DNA of 64,000 bases from the NCBI GenBank assembly GCA_010405405.1, contig MU004234.1, positions 1,639,275 through 1,703,274 on the forward strand, read 5' to 3'. The stretch comes from Microthyrium microscopicum (Eukaryota). Shown one piece after another: positions 1 to 12,673 of the stretch. Position numbers and translations under genes: made by a program. Each line of letters opens with the position of its first letter. Positions within the stretch are counted from its first letter, which is position 1. The notes under the pieces were generated by a model that saw only the letters and a list, made by a program, of their open reading frames with translations, did no database searches and was not told the origin of the DNA.

Positions 1-1153
1 TGTCATCAGCAAACTACTCCACACTGGTGACTTGGTCCCAACATACTGCTCCTTCTATTATCAAACGGCTGTCCAAGAGCAGGATTCGCGGCCCCAACTT
101 GGATCCTACGTATGCTCTATACTGGGATAAGATTGCTTCCATAGCCACAAAACCTGGGGAAAGCTCTGCTCAGATCCAGACTCAAACCTTTTTACTCGCC
201 CATTGTCCCTTGGGACTGTTGCAACACCCTCATCAGTTGATCATCCTTTGCCGCAAGATCGGTCAAGGGCTTCCTTCTTGCAGTGCATCTTGACGAGCTA
301 CCTTGTCGAATCAAGGGTAGGGATTGTGTTTCTCTCATCCCCATACTTTCACGTTGAGCAACATTGTGGAGTTCGTTTCGTTTTGCATCATATAATCTAG
401 GCGCCCGCTGTTAAGTCAACGGTGTTTCTTTAGACGACCACTCCCATCAGAACGTTGGCAATCCCACGTTTCAGCCTATACCTCAACTTCAGGTCCAAAT
501 ACTCCGAGAGCCAGCACATCATTTCTGAAGAGTCTCGACTTTTGATCTGAGCCTAGATTCTTGGTACCAAGCAGCCTTGAATTCCGATCAGCTTCTATAG
601 ATTAACACTTCCCTGGCCGTGATCTCGGGTCTCCCTCTACAATACAACTCCGAACCGCTCATCACATCATTGATTCCGACTCACCGACATTCCACCAAGC
701 CAATTATATATATTGCGCAAACCAGCTTACCATACAATCTCCCATGCAACGCAATAAGCTCGGACACCGCCTGGACTCTATTCTATTGCTGCCTTCTCGC
801 ACAATCCAACAGATTAGGAAAACACGTACCGAATCCGTGCGGTAACCGTCTTAAAACTCTCTTAGTACCGTAAGTGAGGACTTGGGGCGAACAATTACAC
901 CCTGGTTTTCGCTGCCTGAATCCTTAGCGAATTCCATCAAATTTCTCCTTTGGATCGCGGAACACCCAGACCAATTGTTCTTGACATTTGATCTAACCTG
1001 AAGTTGAAGGAGCCGCGGATGTTACATTGTCGCCACTCACCGCAAGGCTGATATTAACTTCTCAGCATACGCATCTCCGAAAACGAGGCAACATTTTTCT
1101 CTCACCATAAACAAAATCTTCTTCACTCCGACTGGATATAGAATTTAACGACC

Positions 1154-3396
1154 ATGGCTGGTGTTTTCGGAGGCACCAAGCACTCGAAAAACATTGAAAT
1201 ACAGTAAGTTGTTCTTTGGAACTATCACTGCTCTAAGAAGTTGTTCTCTGACCAAATATTAGGTTGGATGACCCGTTCCCAGTCTTCTACGGTGACAGCC
1301 ATGAAGCAGAGCCTGTAGCTGTCTCCGGTGTTGTTATACTCAATAACCCCGATCATATGAATGTACGAGGAATAAAAATAAAGCTTGAAGGGAAATGGCG
1401 GGTCAATTGGACAATACCAGGAGCTCCAGGTAACAACAATGCGGCCCAAAATGTCGTACGAGACAAAGGAATTCTTGTTAGCGAAGAGCAACAATTCATT
1501 CCGGCTCCAGGAGCACCAGTAACCACGCATCGGATAGCTCCTGGGCGACATGAGTGGCGGTTCAAATTCATGTTGGATCCAAGTCTGCCCGAAAGTGTGG
1601 AAGGATTGTCATCGAGCTTCGTGGTGTACAACCTGACTGCAGAATTCGATCGTGGATACATGTCCAAATCGCTGACAGCAACGAAGCATGTTCGTGTTGT
1701 TCGAACTCTGAGTCAAGACATGACGGAAACAGTTCCATTTCCATATGTAAGTTTCTTAGAAACCTTGCAATGGTGAGATTCTAACAGAATATAGAGCAAC
1801 GAAGACACCTGGGCCGACAAGATCAAATATCACATCTACATACCCAGCCGATATTACGCGTTTGGTTCCACAGTACCAGTTCAATTCACTCTTCTACCTC
1901 TACGGAAAGGCGTGCGGATAGGAAAGATAAAAATGGAGGTTCTCGAACGAGTCGGCTTGGAAACAAGTAAACAAGGAGATCAAGCTCTAGCAACAACCCT
2001 TCCAGACAAAGTGGTAGCGAGCGTCGAACAGCACATGCCCGCAGATGCCAGCAGAACACTTATAGAAGAGACTTCAGGTCTTGCAGATGATTCGTATCAT
2101 TTCCAAGTCGCTTTACCTCTCAAAAAATCACTTAACGCATGTCGACAATCTGTCAACACTGATCATATCAAAGTCCACCATAACCTCAAGATTTACATCA
2201 ACATACACAACCCCGACGGTCACGTCAGTCAACTATGTCTTCGCAACCTCATTCACCTCTACATATCGCCTCGTATGCGCATCAGCGAAGACCAGGTTCT
2301 GGTTTCTCCAGCTTCAGATCCGTATGCAAATAGCATGAGCATGGGACTTGATGGTCAAAGTATCGATGCGCCACCAACATATGGCACTCATCTACTTGAT
2401 CAATTGTACGACGATATTGATCCAGCCGGCTATCTGTCCGGAATCGCTACACCCGCCAACTTCATGTCAAGAAACCACTCTGTCGAGAACTTTGCATCTC
2501 TCCTCTCCGCCACCTTCCCCAATTCAGCAGAGACTTCTGAAGAAGACAGTTCACGCTCATCCTCTATCACCGATTCCGCAGCAGTCCAACTCCAAACCCG
2601 CCTTGCTGCCCTCCAAGACCGCCGGCCCAGTATCCCTACCATAACTGAACCCATAGACGAAAGCATGCTGCCAAACTATACCGCTTCAGGTGCCTCCTCA
2701 GTCCGCCACTCGCTTGCGTTCCACAACCGTAACCGTGGACATAGCGCCCACAACAGTGTCACCCTCTCCAACGCTGCCATAGACCCCTACATCGCCTCCT
2801 TCGGCCAACCCACCACTCCGCCACACACCTCTTCCCTCGCTCCATCCTCTGGCTTCCAAAACGGCACCCGCCATGCGCCCCCGACGGCCTTTGATCTCGA
2901 AGCCCTCACCCGCATCCCCAGCTACAACACCGCCGTCCGCAGTCCCTACCACGCCTCACCCCATGCCGACGAACTCCCCTCCTACGACCTCGCCTGCCGA
3001 CTAGCCGTCCCACCCGCCACACCTGCAGCACTCACCACGCCACTACCACCAACACCTCCCGCAGACAGCGAGGACTATTCGCGCAATATGCTCAGTAGAC
3101 GCGGCTCTGCAATCGGTGCGGAAGCAGATCCCAGCCTCTTCAACAACTTCCAAGGCTTCACCGGCCGTCCGCACGCAAGCAATTCCAATCCACCGCGGCC
3201 AGGTACAACAACTGGAGAGTCAGGAATGCTGATGCCGCCAAAGAAAGCTCATGTGCGCGGAAGAAGTGTGAATGAGACACAGCCGCGAGAGAGGCCAGAC
3301 AGTGATGGCGAGAGCACGGCTGAGACGAAGAAGGCGGTGTTTGGGGCTGGATCGCTGGCAGGATTGTGGCATGGAATGCGTAGGGGTTCACATTGA
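1154..3396 (+). CDS. Alpha-arrestin / Rsp5 adaptor (CreD/Rod1-like), 3 exons
   Basis: ATG 1154 (MAGVFGGTKHSKNIEIQ). Introns 1204-1262 and 1747-1794 join the ORFs into an arrestin-N (…HEWRFKFMLDPSLPESVEG…) and arrestin-C fold, followed by a Ser/Pro-rich tail with PY motifs (PPTY, LPSY). Confidence 0.85.
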
Positions 3397-4193
3397 GACA
3401 GACCAACGACTTTGGTAGGGAGCGGCTGGAAGGCGGTAATGGTAGTTTGATGTTATGTTGACATGAGAGTATTTTTGTATTGCATGGCGAAGGATACCCA
3501 TTGCATTTGGCGAGATTGTTTGTATTGCTAGTGAAGAGAACCTAGGATTAGTTACTAGTATAAAATCAAAACTGATAGTAATGTCAGAATATAAATTTCA
3601 TTCTTGTTTCGAAGACTGTGAGCTTGTTACCGAAATTGTCAACAACATGGCGAATCTCCTCATTCAAGAAGGCCTGATCTGAAAGCTCTGTGGCTTACCT
3701 TAGATCCATCACGATATATCAGCAACAAGGCAACGAACGGCAAGGATTCAGTCCGACCACACTCTTTCCAGTGCATAAATCTTGGAAGCTTGGAGCCTAC
3801 AGTGCAGATAGTGATCGAGAGTGACGTCCGATACAAGGGAACAGGGCGAGCTATTGGATTTGGAGAACAATCCCGGCCCTGAACTTCAAACTCATCCAAT
3901 CAATAGCTCCTGTCAAGAAGATCAAGGATCAGGCCAAGAGTGGTGATGCACAAGGCTGAGGCTGTGCTATTGTGCAACTTGTGCTGCGGTGCATATGCAC
4001 GCAAGCTCCATCTCTGGGCAATCTATTGAAGTATTACAAAGATAGCACCAACTTTCTAACTGCTTCATATCATTGTTATCTACCTAGTTGTTGTAAATCC
4101 CCTTTATCCTCCATGAAGCCATCATATCTCTCCTACTATCTAGGGGAGCTATATACTCGCCGATTGCTCTACCAAGAACCTCCTTAGCATACG

Positions 4194-6497
4194 ATGTCCG
4201 ACGCTCTGGGGACTCAGGACGCGTTGACTGATAGAAGCTCCTCCGAGGAACACAGTCTGAAGATCGAAGCTCCGGTATCACCTTGCGAGTACTGTAGGAA
4301 CATATTTCTCCGCGAAAACGTACACATACTCCTTAACAAACGTCATGGCATCGAATATAATCGCAAGTACCGGAGCGTTCTACGTACAGCAATAGACGGC
4401 TGTGCTTTGTGCCGCGAGTTGCTTTGCATGCCTTACTTCTACTCTTTTCAAGATGAATCAAGCATATATGATGTTAGAGACTGGCTTGAGCACAAGAGAA
4501 TCTGGCCGGTGGAGAAGTGGAAAGCTACACTGGATACATACGCGCTCCACCAGCGACTTCGACAGCTTACAGGCAGAAAGAACCCGGATATTCGTTTCCT
4601 TTTTAAAAGAGACATCAAAAGGGGGCCATATGTTGATGTGATAAGACGACGAAGAGGGTTTCCCTCAGAACAGCAGTTACGATTTGAAATATCAGCTAGA
4701 CGTGGTAGGTCACAATGAAACCTATAGACCCCATTATCTAATAGTACGCTTGAAGGGGACCCGGCCGCAAATCATACCTCGAACCTGTCAATCAACCACG
4801 ATGTCTCCTCAGACAAGATATTTGGAATGATTCGAAAATGGCTCTGGAAATGTGATACTCAACATATGGAATGCCAAGCCAACCAAGATGTCCTCCCCAG
4901 TCAAGGCACTGGCTGGCCTTCCCTGATCCTCGATATATCTTCTGAAAGCACAGCATCAGATGTGATAACTCTCAAGACGGTTTCTGAAGACTCCAAGTTC
5001 GATTATGCGACTCTTTCATACTGCTGGGGTGGTGATCAGTCCACTGCAACCCGCACTCACAACTATGTGGACTACCTGCAAGGAATATGTCTGGCGTCAC
5101 TACCAAAGACAATTCAAGATGCGGTAACTGTAGCCAGGAAGCTTGACTTGAAGTATCTATGGATTGACTCCATGTGCATCATCCAAGACTCAGAAGACCA
5201 TAAACGACATGAAATAGGACGGATGGAATCGATATACTACAACTCTTACATCACTATCTCGGCAAGTTGGGCTTCAAACTGCCACGAAGGGATGCTAAAA
5301 ACTCGAAAACCAATAGATACCATGATCAATTTGCCATTTCAATGCGCCAATAAAGAGATTGGCACAGTGTCAATGATGTGTTGGGGCTGTCCAACTCGGA
5401 GTCCATCAATCGGTCCTTTTGACACAATGGAGTACTATCCAGAGAAAGAACCCATCAATGACCGAGCATGGACACTACAAGAAAGTTTCATGTCCCGTCG
5501 TCGACTCATCTTTACGCAGTTCCAAGTATTCTGGACCTGTCGCGATGTTTGGGGCAGTGATGGTGGCAGACAAGGACGTCCTTATAATGAAGAACTCTCA
5601 TGTCAATCGATTCGAAAGCTCGAGTATGCCGACTGGATCTCGATTGCTGAGGGATATTCCAGGAAAGATCTCACAGATCCAACTGATAAGCTCGATGCTT
5701 TATCAAGTATAGCCAGTTACTTCTCACGTTTTCTTCAGGATCAGTACTTGGCTGGCTTATGGGAGAAAGAACTTCTTCGACAACTTTGCTGGAGGGCCGA
5801 TACAGCTTATCGGACCAAGTTTACCGTCGGTACTCGAAAGACGAAGCGAAGTGAAGTTCGGTGTGCCCCATCGTGGTCTTTCCTGTCCATCATGGGCCCA
5901 ATTACCTTTAAGATGCCTCGGCTCTCTGCCTCTGGTGCTGCACTGGATCCTGTCTGCAGTGTCCTGGGTTGTGATGTCGAGCCAATATCTCAAGAGGCAC
6001 CTTTCGGGAAGGTATCTCACGGGCGACTCACCATCAAAGGACATTTATTACAACTCAACCCTCCCGTAGCTCGTCGTCCAAGCTTCCAAGAGCGCATGCC
6101 ATTTCGCAAGATTTCATGGAGCAACGAGATAAAAGTTGGTGAACCACAGATTTACCTCAGTAGAAACGTTTCCCTGCTATACGATACTTCGCGAGGCCAG
6201 AACGTTACAATTGGCCATCTTTATCACGATGCTATGGATGAGTCTGGACAAGTTATAGCCACCAACTATGGAACTTGGGACCATACTCAACCTGTCTGGT
6301 TTCTCCAGATCTATTGCAATTGGAATATGACCTGGTCCAAGGGAGAGGGAATATCTTGGGGTATTGCTCTGGCTAAGCTTCATGATGGTAGTTATCATAG
6401 GATTGGGTGGTTTGAAGGTATTGGTATTCGGACTGGAAGGCTTCCTTGGAAAGAAGCTTTTGAAGAAGCTCGACCTCTTGTTATAACGATTGCTTGA
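4194..6497 (+). CDS. HET-domain (heterokaryon incompatibility, PF06985-type) protein, 2 exons
   Basis: Intron 4705-4755 joins the 4194 ORF to …GDPAA…MIRKWL. HET signatures YATLSYCWGG, LPKTIQDAV, YLWIDSMCIIQD and RAWTLQE are present, as are the downstream YLAGLW and APSWS motifs typical of this family. Confidence 0.9.
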
Positions 6498-6752
6498 ATT
6501 CTTGTAATGAAACGATGAGCTAGACAATTGCTCTAAGGATGAAATGTCAATCTCATAAAGCTGTGCAAAATCAACCTCAGGCTCTCAGCTGCTCGAAGTC
6601 GCGATATTTGGAGGCGCTTGAGGCGTTTGTGGTCGAGGCCGCAGCGTACGGAAGCGCGTCGCAGCGCCCCCACAAGAAGGACCAAGCTGTCGAGTTCGAC
6701 ATAGGTATAGCATTGAACCCGCTACATCCCTCTGCTTTCAGTACAAATAACA

Positions 6753-8057
6753 ATGCACTTGAAACTCGCTGTCGTTGTCGCTACGCAAATCTGTGTTGTA
6801 TGGTGTCTGTCAGTCCCCACAAATCTCAGGATAGCTCGAGGCGACGTTACCCCTGAATCTGCCATTAACACCTCAACATCCCCTGGCCTGAAACATACCC
6901 AACCTTCCTCATCTTTATCCTCCTCATCCTCATCTCACTCGATATGGAAGCCTCTGTACCTGCCAGTCACTTCGTCCCAACCAGATCCCCTGGGCATTGC
7001 ACAAGTCAGTGGCTTCTATGGCCCAGGAGCATGGGCAGCATGGTTCATCACCGGCGTCGCATCTTGGCTCCGGATATTTCGAAGAACAAAGGACAAAGTC
7101 GACGTGAACACGGTGTTGTTCTTGCTTGGGACGAACTGGGCTGCAGTTGATATGCTTAAGAGCATCCACATGCTGGGGAATTTGCAGCCCAACGAGCCAG
7201 AATATCTTGTGAATGTCGAAAAGAGCATGGGTACTTATGGTGCTTCCTTCAATGTGGCATTCTGGGGGAGCATCCACATTATATTACAGGTTCCAGCCAC
7301 TTGGATACTGTTTGAAGATATGAAATCTCGTCGGAGGCGACGCATATTTATACTCGTTGTTGGAGCTTTGCTCCCGTTGATTGCTCTTACTGCAAATGGT
7401 TTCGGGCCCTCCCTTTACCAGATTATCGATTACTTTTACCTTTCATACCCGCAAGTTGGACTAGACTCAATGCCAGCCTTGTATTCCAAGGGAATGGCTT
7501 TGAAAACTCACCGATTCATGATGTTGCTAGGAAGTCATCTTGTGTTGTTATTCATTGTGCCGCTGTCATTGCTCACACTTTGGGAAGCTGCCATGATAGG
7601 GGAGTGGACGTGGGGATTGAAGATATGTCTACGAGCTATAGGTCTGTTGAACTTGGCCTTCTTCATCTTGATGCTTGCGGCCAGCTGGCTTGGTTTCTGG
7701 GCTTGCTATCCGTTTGCTTGCCTAGTTATGATTCAGGCCATAGTCGGACTCCGTTTCACCTATGGCATAGCGGCGTTCTGGGCGTTCAGCGTTATTATAT
7801 ACTGCCTGATTTATGTGCGTGAGGCCTACTTTCACTCTGGATCCCTGGCTTCGGAATCATGCTTCTTCATGCCATGCGCTTCACAGACGCTCTCCGACGA
7901 GGATCAACTGTTCGGCTTGTTTGCTGGTCTCACCACTTTTGCTGGATTCGAGATACTCCCACCTTTATGGGCACATTACAAAGTCCGCCACCAATTTGTT
8001 GAAGAGTGGGAAGAGAAGGCCCGGCGATTCAGGTTAAGACTCACACACCGAGACTAA
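6753..8057 (+). CDS. Hypothetical multi-pass membrane protein with signal peptide
   Basis: Intronless 434-aa ORF with a hydrophobic N-terminus, a Ser-rich linker and about 8-9 hydrophobic segments (e.g. SGFYGPGAWAAWFIT). No catalytic family recognised. Confidence 0.7.
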   Translation: MHLKLAVVVATQICVVWCLSVPTNLRIARGDVTPESAINTSTSPGLKHTQPSSSLSSSSSSHSIWKPLYLPVTSSQPDPLGIAQVSGFYGPGAWAAWFITGVASWLRIFRRTKDKVDVNTVLFLLGTNWAAVDMLKSIHMLGNLQPNEPEYLVNVEKSMGTYGASFNVAFWGSIHIILQVPATWILFEDMKSRRRRRIFILVVGALLPLIALTANGFGPSLYQIIDYFYLSYPQVGLDSMPALYSKGMALKTHRFMMLLGSHLVLLFIVPLSLLTLWEAAMIGEWTWGLKICLRAIGLLNLAFFILMLAASWLGFWACYPFACLVMIQAIVGLRFTYGIAAFWAFSVIIYCLIYVREAYFHSGSLASESCFFMPCASQTLSDEDQLFGLFAGLTTFAGFEILPPLWAHYKVRHQFVEEWEEKARRFRLRLTHRD

Positions 8058-8888
8058 TGATTCTGTCACCTTCAAATGGCATTAAAGAATCGGTGAAACT
8101 TCTCGCTTTGCATTTTTCATGCCTCCGTTCTCTGAGATTGATTTCTTCATACGTATTCAACAAGGCCATACCGCGAAGCAGCTTCGCTGTCACCTAAGCT
8201 CAAGTAGTGGCTTATTCAATTGAGGAGGTGACTTGACGACGAACTCAACAGGCTTATTCATGGCGAAGCTCTCGCATGGATCGATGCAGCCAAAGATTGA
8301 ATAAACTGGCGACATGTACAACAGCAGTCTGAAGTACATTTGGATTTGTTAGGTTGTTGCGCCGAATAGTCTTAAAAACCCCCCCTGGTTTTGAAATATC
8401 AAAATTTCAATTTTAGTTGTTGGAGTGGTAAAAGGTAGCAAGCAAGCTATTTTGGATTTCACAGGGCGATTCAGAGTCGGCAACAGATTCCCCCGAGTCA
8501 GGGTAGAGTCATTGCAACTGTATGGATTTGTAGACTGGAGTGAATTACAACAGGAAGAATCTTCTGCTCTAGCTCCAAGATTAGCATCAAAGGCGCTGCA
8601 ATATTCTCTTACCACAAGATCTCATTAGGACACCGCATCCTTGCATCATCCCCGCTCGCTGTTGCTCAATTGCACTGATTATTGTGCCTGAAGTGACCCA
8701 GAAGAATTAGTACGCTGTTTATGCGGACTCCGAACCCATTGAGCTATAAATCTTGATATTCCATTCTTGAATGAGCACCTATGGTCTGTATAGGCCGCTG
8801 GCTCGTCCATAAATATATCGTAGTGGCCAAATCTCATCACTTGAGCAAGGTTCCAACACAGAAAGCAGAGGTCCAAATCTTTTTCAGA

Positions 8889-11238
8889 ATGCCCTTATCA
8901 AAGAGATCAGCAAAGCAGGACGAAGGGCTCCAAATAACAGCGCAGCAATCGCGATACGCTGTCGATGCAATCGATGCGCCAGCCACCAAGGAAATCTTAA
9001 TCAAGGATCTTACCATCAGCGTTGGCCAGCGCGAACTCATCAGTCGCGCTACCCTCCACCTCGTAGAAGGCTTCAAGTACGTTCTGATTGGCAGAAATGG
9101 CGAAGGAAAAACCACAATGCTTCGAGCGCTGGCACAACAGCTTGTTCCCGGGGTTCCATTAAATCTGAGGATTTTACTTCTCGGTCAAACGCGCGAACTT
9201 TCTGCTGAGGAAGCAATTGGGGGACTTCAGATTGAAGAGATTACTGTGTTGCAACATGTTGTTCGCAGTGATGCGGTGAGAGAATTATACTTGAAGGAAG
9301 AGAAAGGTAAAACGCTGTGGCCACTAGCTGGTGTTCGAAAGCTAATGAGAGCTTGCAGTTCTGTCAGATGCTATTGATTCACAGGAGACAGATTCAACAT
9401 CAATCCCAAGAGCGTATAGAACGATATCTCATCAACGACTCCAGAGGAAGTGGGATGAAGGTAACAGTTATGCTGAGCGGAGAAGTGGAGCAAGAGGCAA
9501 AAATGCAAGAAAGGCCTTGCTGATAGTAGAGGAAGAGCTCAAGATGAGTCAGGAGAGGTAAAGCTACTCTCAGACCCTCGAAATCGTTTGCTAATAGTCT
9601 AAGGTTGGCGGAAGATCTATCTAAGTTGGATGCGACCGTTCTGAGTCAAGAAACACAAGCAGTATCGGAAATGCTGGCGGACACCCATACAGCTCTTGAA
9701 ATGGTACTACTCTGACGCTTCTCTTCCGCAGCCGCTGACAACTACAGATGGATGCCGCCGCAGCAGAGAGCCGAGCAAGAACAGTGCTCCTCGGTCTTGG
9801 GTTTCCTCCTGAGAAGATTGACGATTCCATGATGAAACTGTCCGGTGGGTGGAGAACACGCTGTGATCTGGCATGTGCTTTATGTCAGACTGCAGACGTA
9901 CTACTTCTTGACGAGCCGAGCTCTTTCCTGGATCTGCCTAGTATTATATGGCTGGAGAACTACATCAACGGCGATGAGCTCAAAGACACTACAGTGGTTA
10001 CCGTGACTCACGACCGCGATTTCGCAGACGCTGTAGGACAGGAACTAATTATCTTGCGTCATCAAAAGCTCGAAGTATACAAAGGAACTCTTTCAGGCTA
10101 CGAACACACCAAGATGAAAAAAATCAAGTGGCTCACAAACATGAAAGAGGCGCAAGAAAAGCAGAAGAAGCATATGGAATCCTCTATCCAAGGCAATATC
10201 CGCGCTGCTAAAAAGACAGGCGACGACAAGAAGCTCAAGCAAGCAGTAAGCAAACAAAAGAGACTCGATGAACGAATGGGAATGCAAGTAAACGAGAAGG
10301 GTCATCGCTTCAAACTCAATCGCGACCATGGAGGCTATCACTTGTCAAACCGTAGCGAGATAAACATACCAGAGTTTGATCCAATACCGAAGATCCGATT
10401 CCCCATGATCCCAGCAGATCTTCGATTTCCCGGTGCACTTGTAAACTTGGAAAAAGTTTCATTCCGATATAACAAGAAGTCGCCTATGATTCTCAACGAC
10501 ATCTCTCTCACGATTCACTACGGTGAGCGCCTTGGTCTCGCAGGTCTGAACGGTAGCGGCAAATCAACTCTTGTCCAACTTCTTGATGGCACTACCACAC
10601 CTACCACTGGTACAGTCACTCGGCATCCGCGAGTTAAGATAGCCCGGTTCAATCAACATGTCGTCGAGGAACTTGCTGCCATTGGCCAAGCGAACCCGGC
10701 ACTCACTGCCCTTCAACATCTCATGGAACTTAGCCAATTGCCTGAGAAAGATGTGCGCGGCTGTCTCGGCTCACTTGGTCTTCAAGGCTCTGTAGTCTCA
10801 GATGTACCTCTCCAACGTCTCTCAGGCGGCCAAAAAGTGCGTGTTGCGTTGGCGAAACTCGTATATTCGCCGCCGCATTTGCTTGTGCTGGATGAAATCA
10901 CAACACATCTCGACGTTGAGACGATTGTAGCTCTAGTGCCTGCGATTCGAGACTTCGAGGGTGCTGTTTTGGTTGTCACTCACGATCGGTTCTTTATGCG
11001 TTGTGCAGTCGAAGGAGTGAGTCCAGGCGCATTGTCGAGTCGCGCGGCAATGGAGGCTGAAGAAGACGAAGACAGTAGTGAGGATGATGAAGAAGATGTT
11101 CTGGACAGACACAAGGGCACCGTCTGGCGTATGTTTAAGGGTGGTTTGAGGAAGTTGGATGGCGGAATGGAGAAATATGAGGAGATTGCCTTCAAGGCAG
11201 CTGCTAAGTTGGTGTCGAAAGGATTAGGGAAAGCCTGA
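8889..11238 (+). CDS. ABC-F family soluble double-NBD ATPase (GCN20/ABCF-like paralogue), 4 exons
   Basis: Two NBDs and no TM domains. NBD1: GRNGEGKT, LSGGW, LLLDEPSSFLD. NBD2: GLNGSGKS, LSGGQK, LVLDEITTHLD. Coiled-coil linker between them. Introns at about 9307-9358, 9558-9603 and 9703-9748. Confidence 0.85.
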
Positions 11239-11554
11239 AATCGTAGACAGTGTTGTATTCTCTCCATAAGCCGCTGAATGATACCAGAAGAGCTCTTCGA
11301 AAACAACATACCCGTTTTGGATGGCCCATGCTCTTTTTCTAATGACAGTGTCAACCACATATATATTGCATCCGAGGACCTAATTTTGCCAATCAGTTTT
11401 TACGAATGACCTAATCAAAGTCACCTTAATACATCTCTTCCCCGCGAAAGATATAACTCTAATGAACCAGCAATACGAGTGTTAAACCGGCCCTTGAACT
11501 AGACACCGTACTTGTGGCCCAATTGACACCATCACTGCAACTTTACACTCTCCC

Positions 11555-12620
11555 ATGGCCCACGATCTCAACAAATCCTTTAGATTCCTCCTTCGCTACC
11601 TTGGCCTCCCTCTAGTCTCCTTCTACATCCTCTCCGCCCTATACCGCAAGCACAACGCCCCCAAGAAAGTCACCATGAAGCCACCATTTCCCTCCGTCAC
11701 CAGCGAGTGGCACAACGCACCATACGCCGCCATCTCTCCTACCCTTCCCGCTCTCTCCGTCGCCGGAAAAACCGTCCTCATGACCGGCGGTGGCCGTGGA
11801 ATTGGCAGCCGAATCGCCTACGCTTTCGCGGCGGCAGGAGCGAAGATCGTCGCCATCACCGGCCGCACCGCTGCATCTCTTGAAGAAAGCAAGGCCGCGA
11901 TCGAGAAGGACTTTCCAAACGTCACCGTTGTGCCCTTGACATCAGATGTGACAGATGCAGAAGCCATCAACACCGCTTTCGCCAAAATCGCTGCTATGAA
12001 CGGTGGTATCCACATTTGCGTACACAACGCTGGGGTTGCGCCGCCTGGAGCAAAAATCGCTGAGATCAGTAATGCGGCGGCACGTAAGGATTGGTGGAAT
12101 GGATATGAGATTAATGTGCTTGGCACATTAGTCGTGCTGAATGCGTTTGCGCAGCACAAGGCACAGGGAGCGAAATTGTGCTTCATCGGCACTGCGGCGT
12201 CAGCAGTGTTTCCGAGCACGATGTTGGGGACTAGTGCGTATAGTATGAGTAAGAGTGCTGCTGCGGTGTTGGTGCAGTATTTTGCGGCGGAGAATCCGGA
12301 GATTGGTGTGTTTACGCTGCATCCGGGGGTGGTATTGACGGAGATGGGGAGTCGGGGAAAGAAGTCGGGGAATACGTTGCCGACTGATGATAGTGAGTCT
12401 TTGAGCGACTAGATATATGGGCGGTACTGACAGTAGTGTGATAGTTGATCTACCAGCGCATTTCGCGGTTTGGCTGTTGAGTCCTGAGGGCGAGTTTCTG
12501 AGGAATCGGTTTGTCTGGTGTAACTGGGATGTCAATGAGCTGAAGGAGAAGACGACTAAGATCACTGAGACCAAGGGGTATCTGAATATTGGCATGATCG
12601 GTTGGCCATATCGATTGTGA
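11555..12620 (+). CDS. Short-chain dehydrogenase/reductase (classical SDR), 2 exons
   Basis: TGGGRGIG, NAG, YSMSK and HPG motifs. Intron 12393-12444 joins to …IDLPAHFAVWLLSPEGEFLRNRFVWCNWDV. Alternative start at 11675. Confidence 0.9.
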
Positions 12621-12673
12621 GGGTATGGAATCATATTTGATATAGCCAAATGAAAGAGCTTGTTTCATGGTCT

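Noticed and set aside
27..873. Short ORFs upstream of the arrestin
   Set aside because: Non-ATG starts and no recognisable protein features. Better explained as promoter or 5' UTR.
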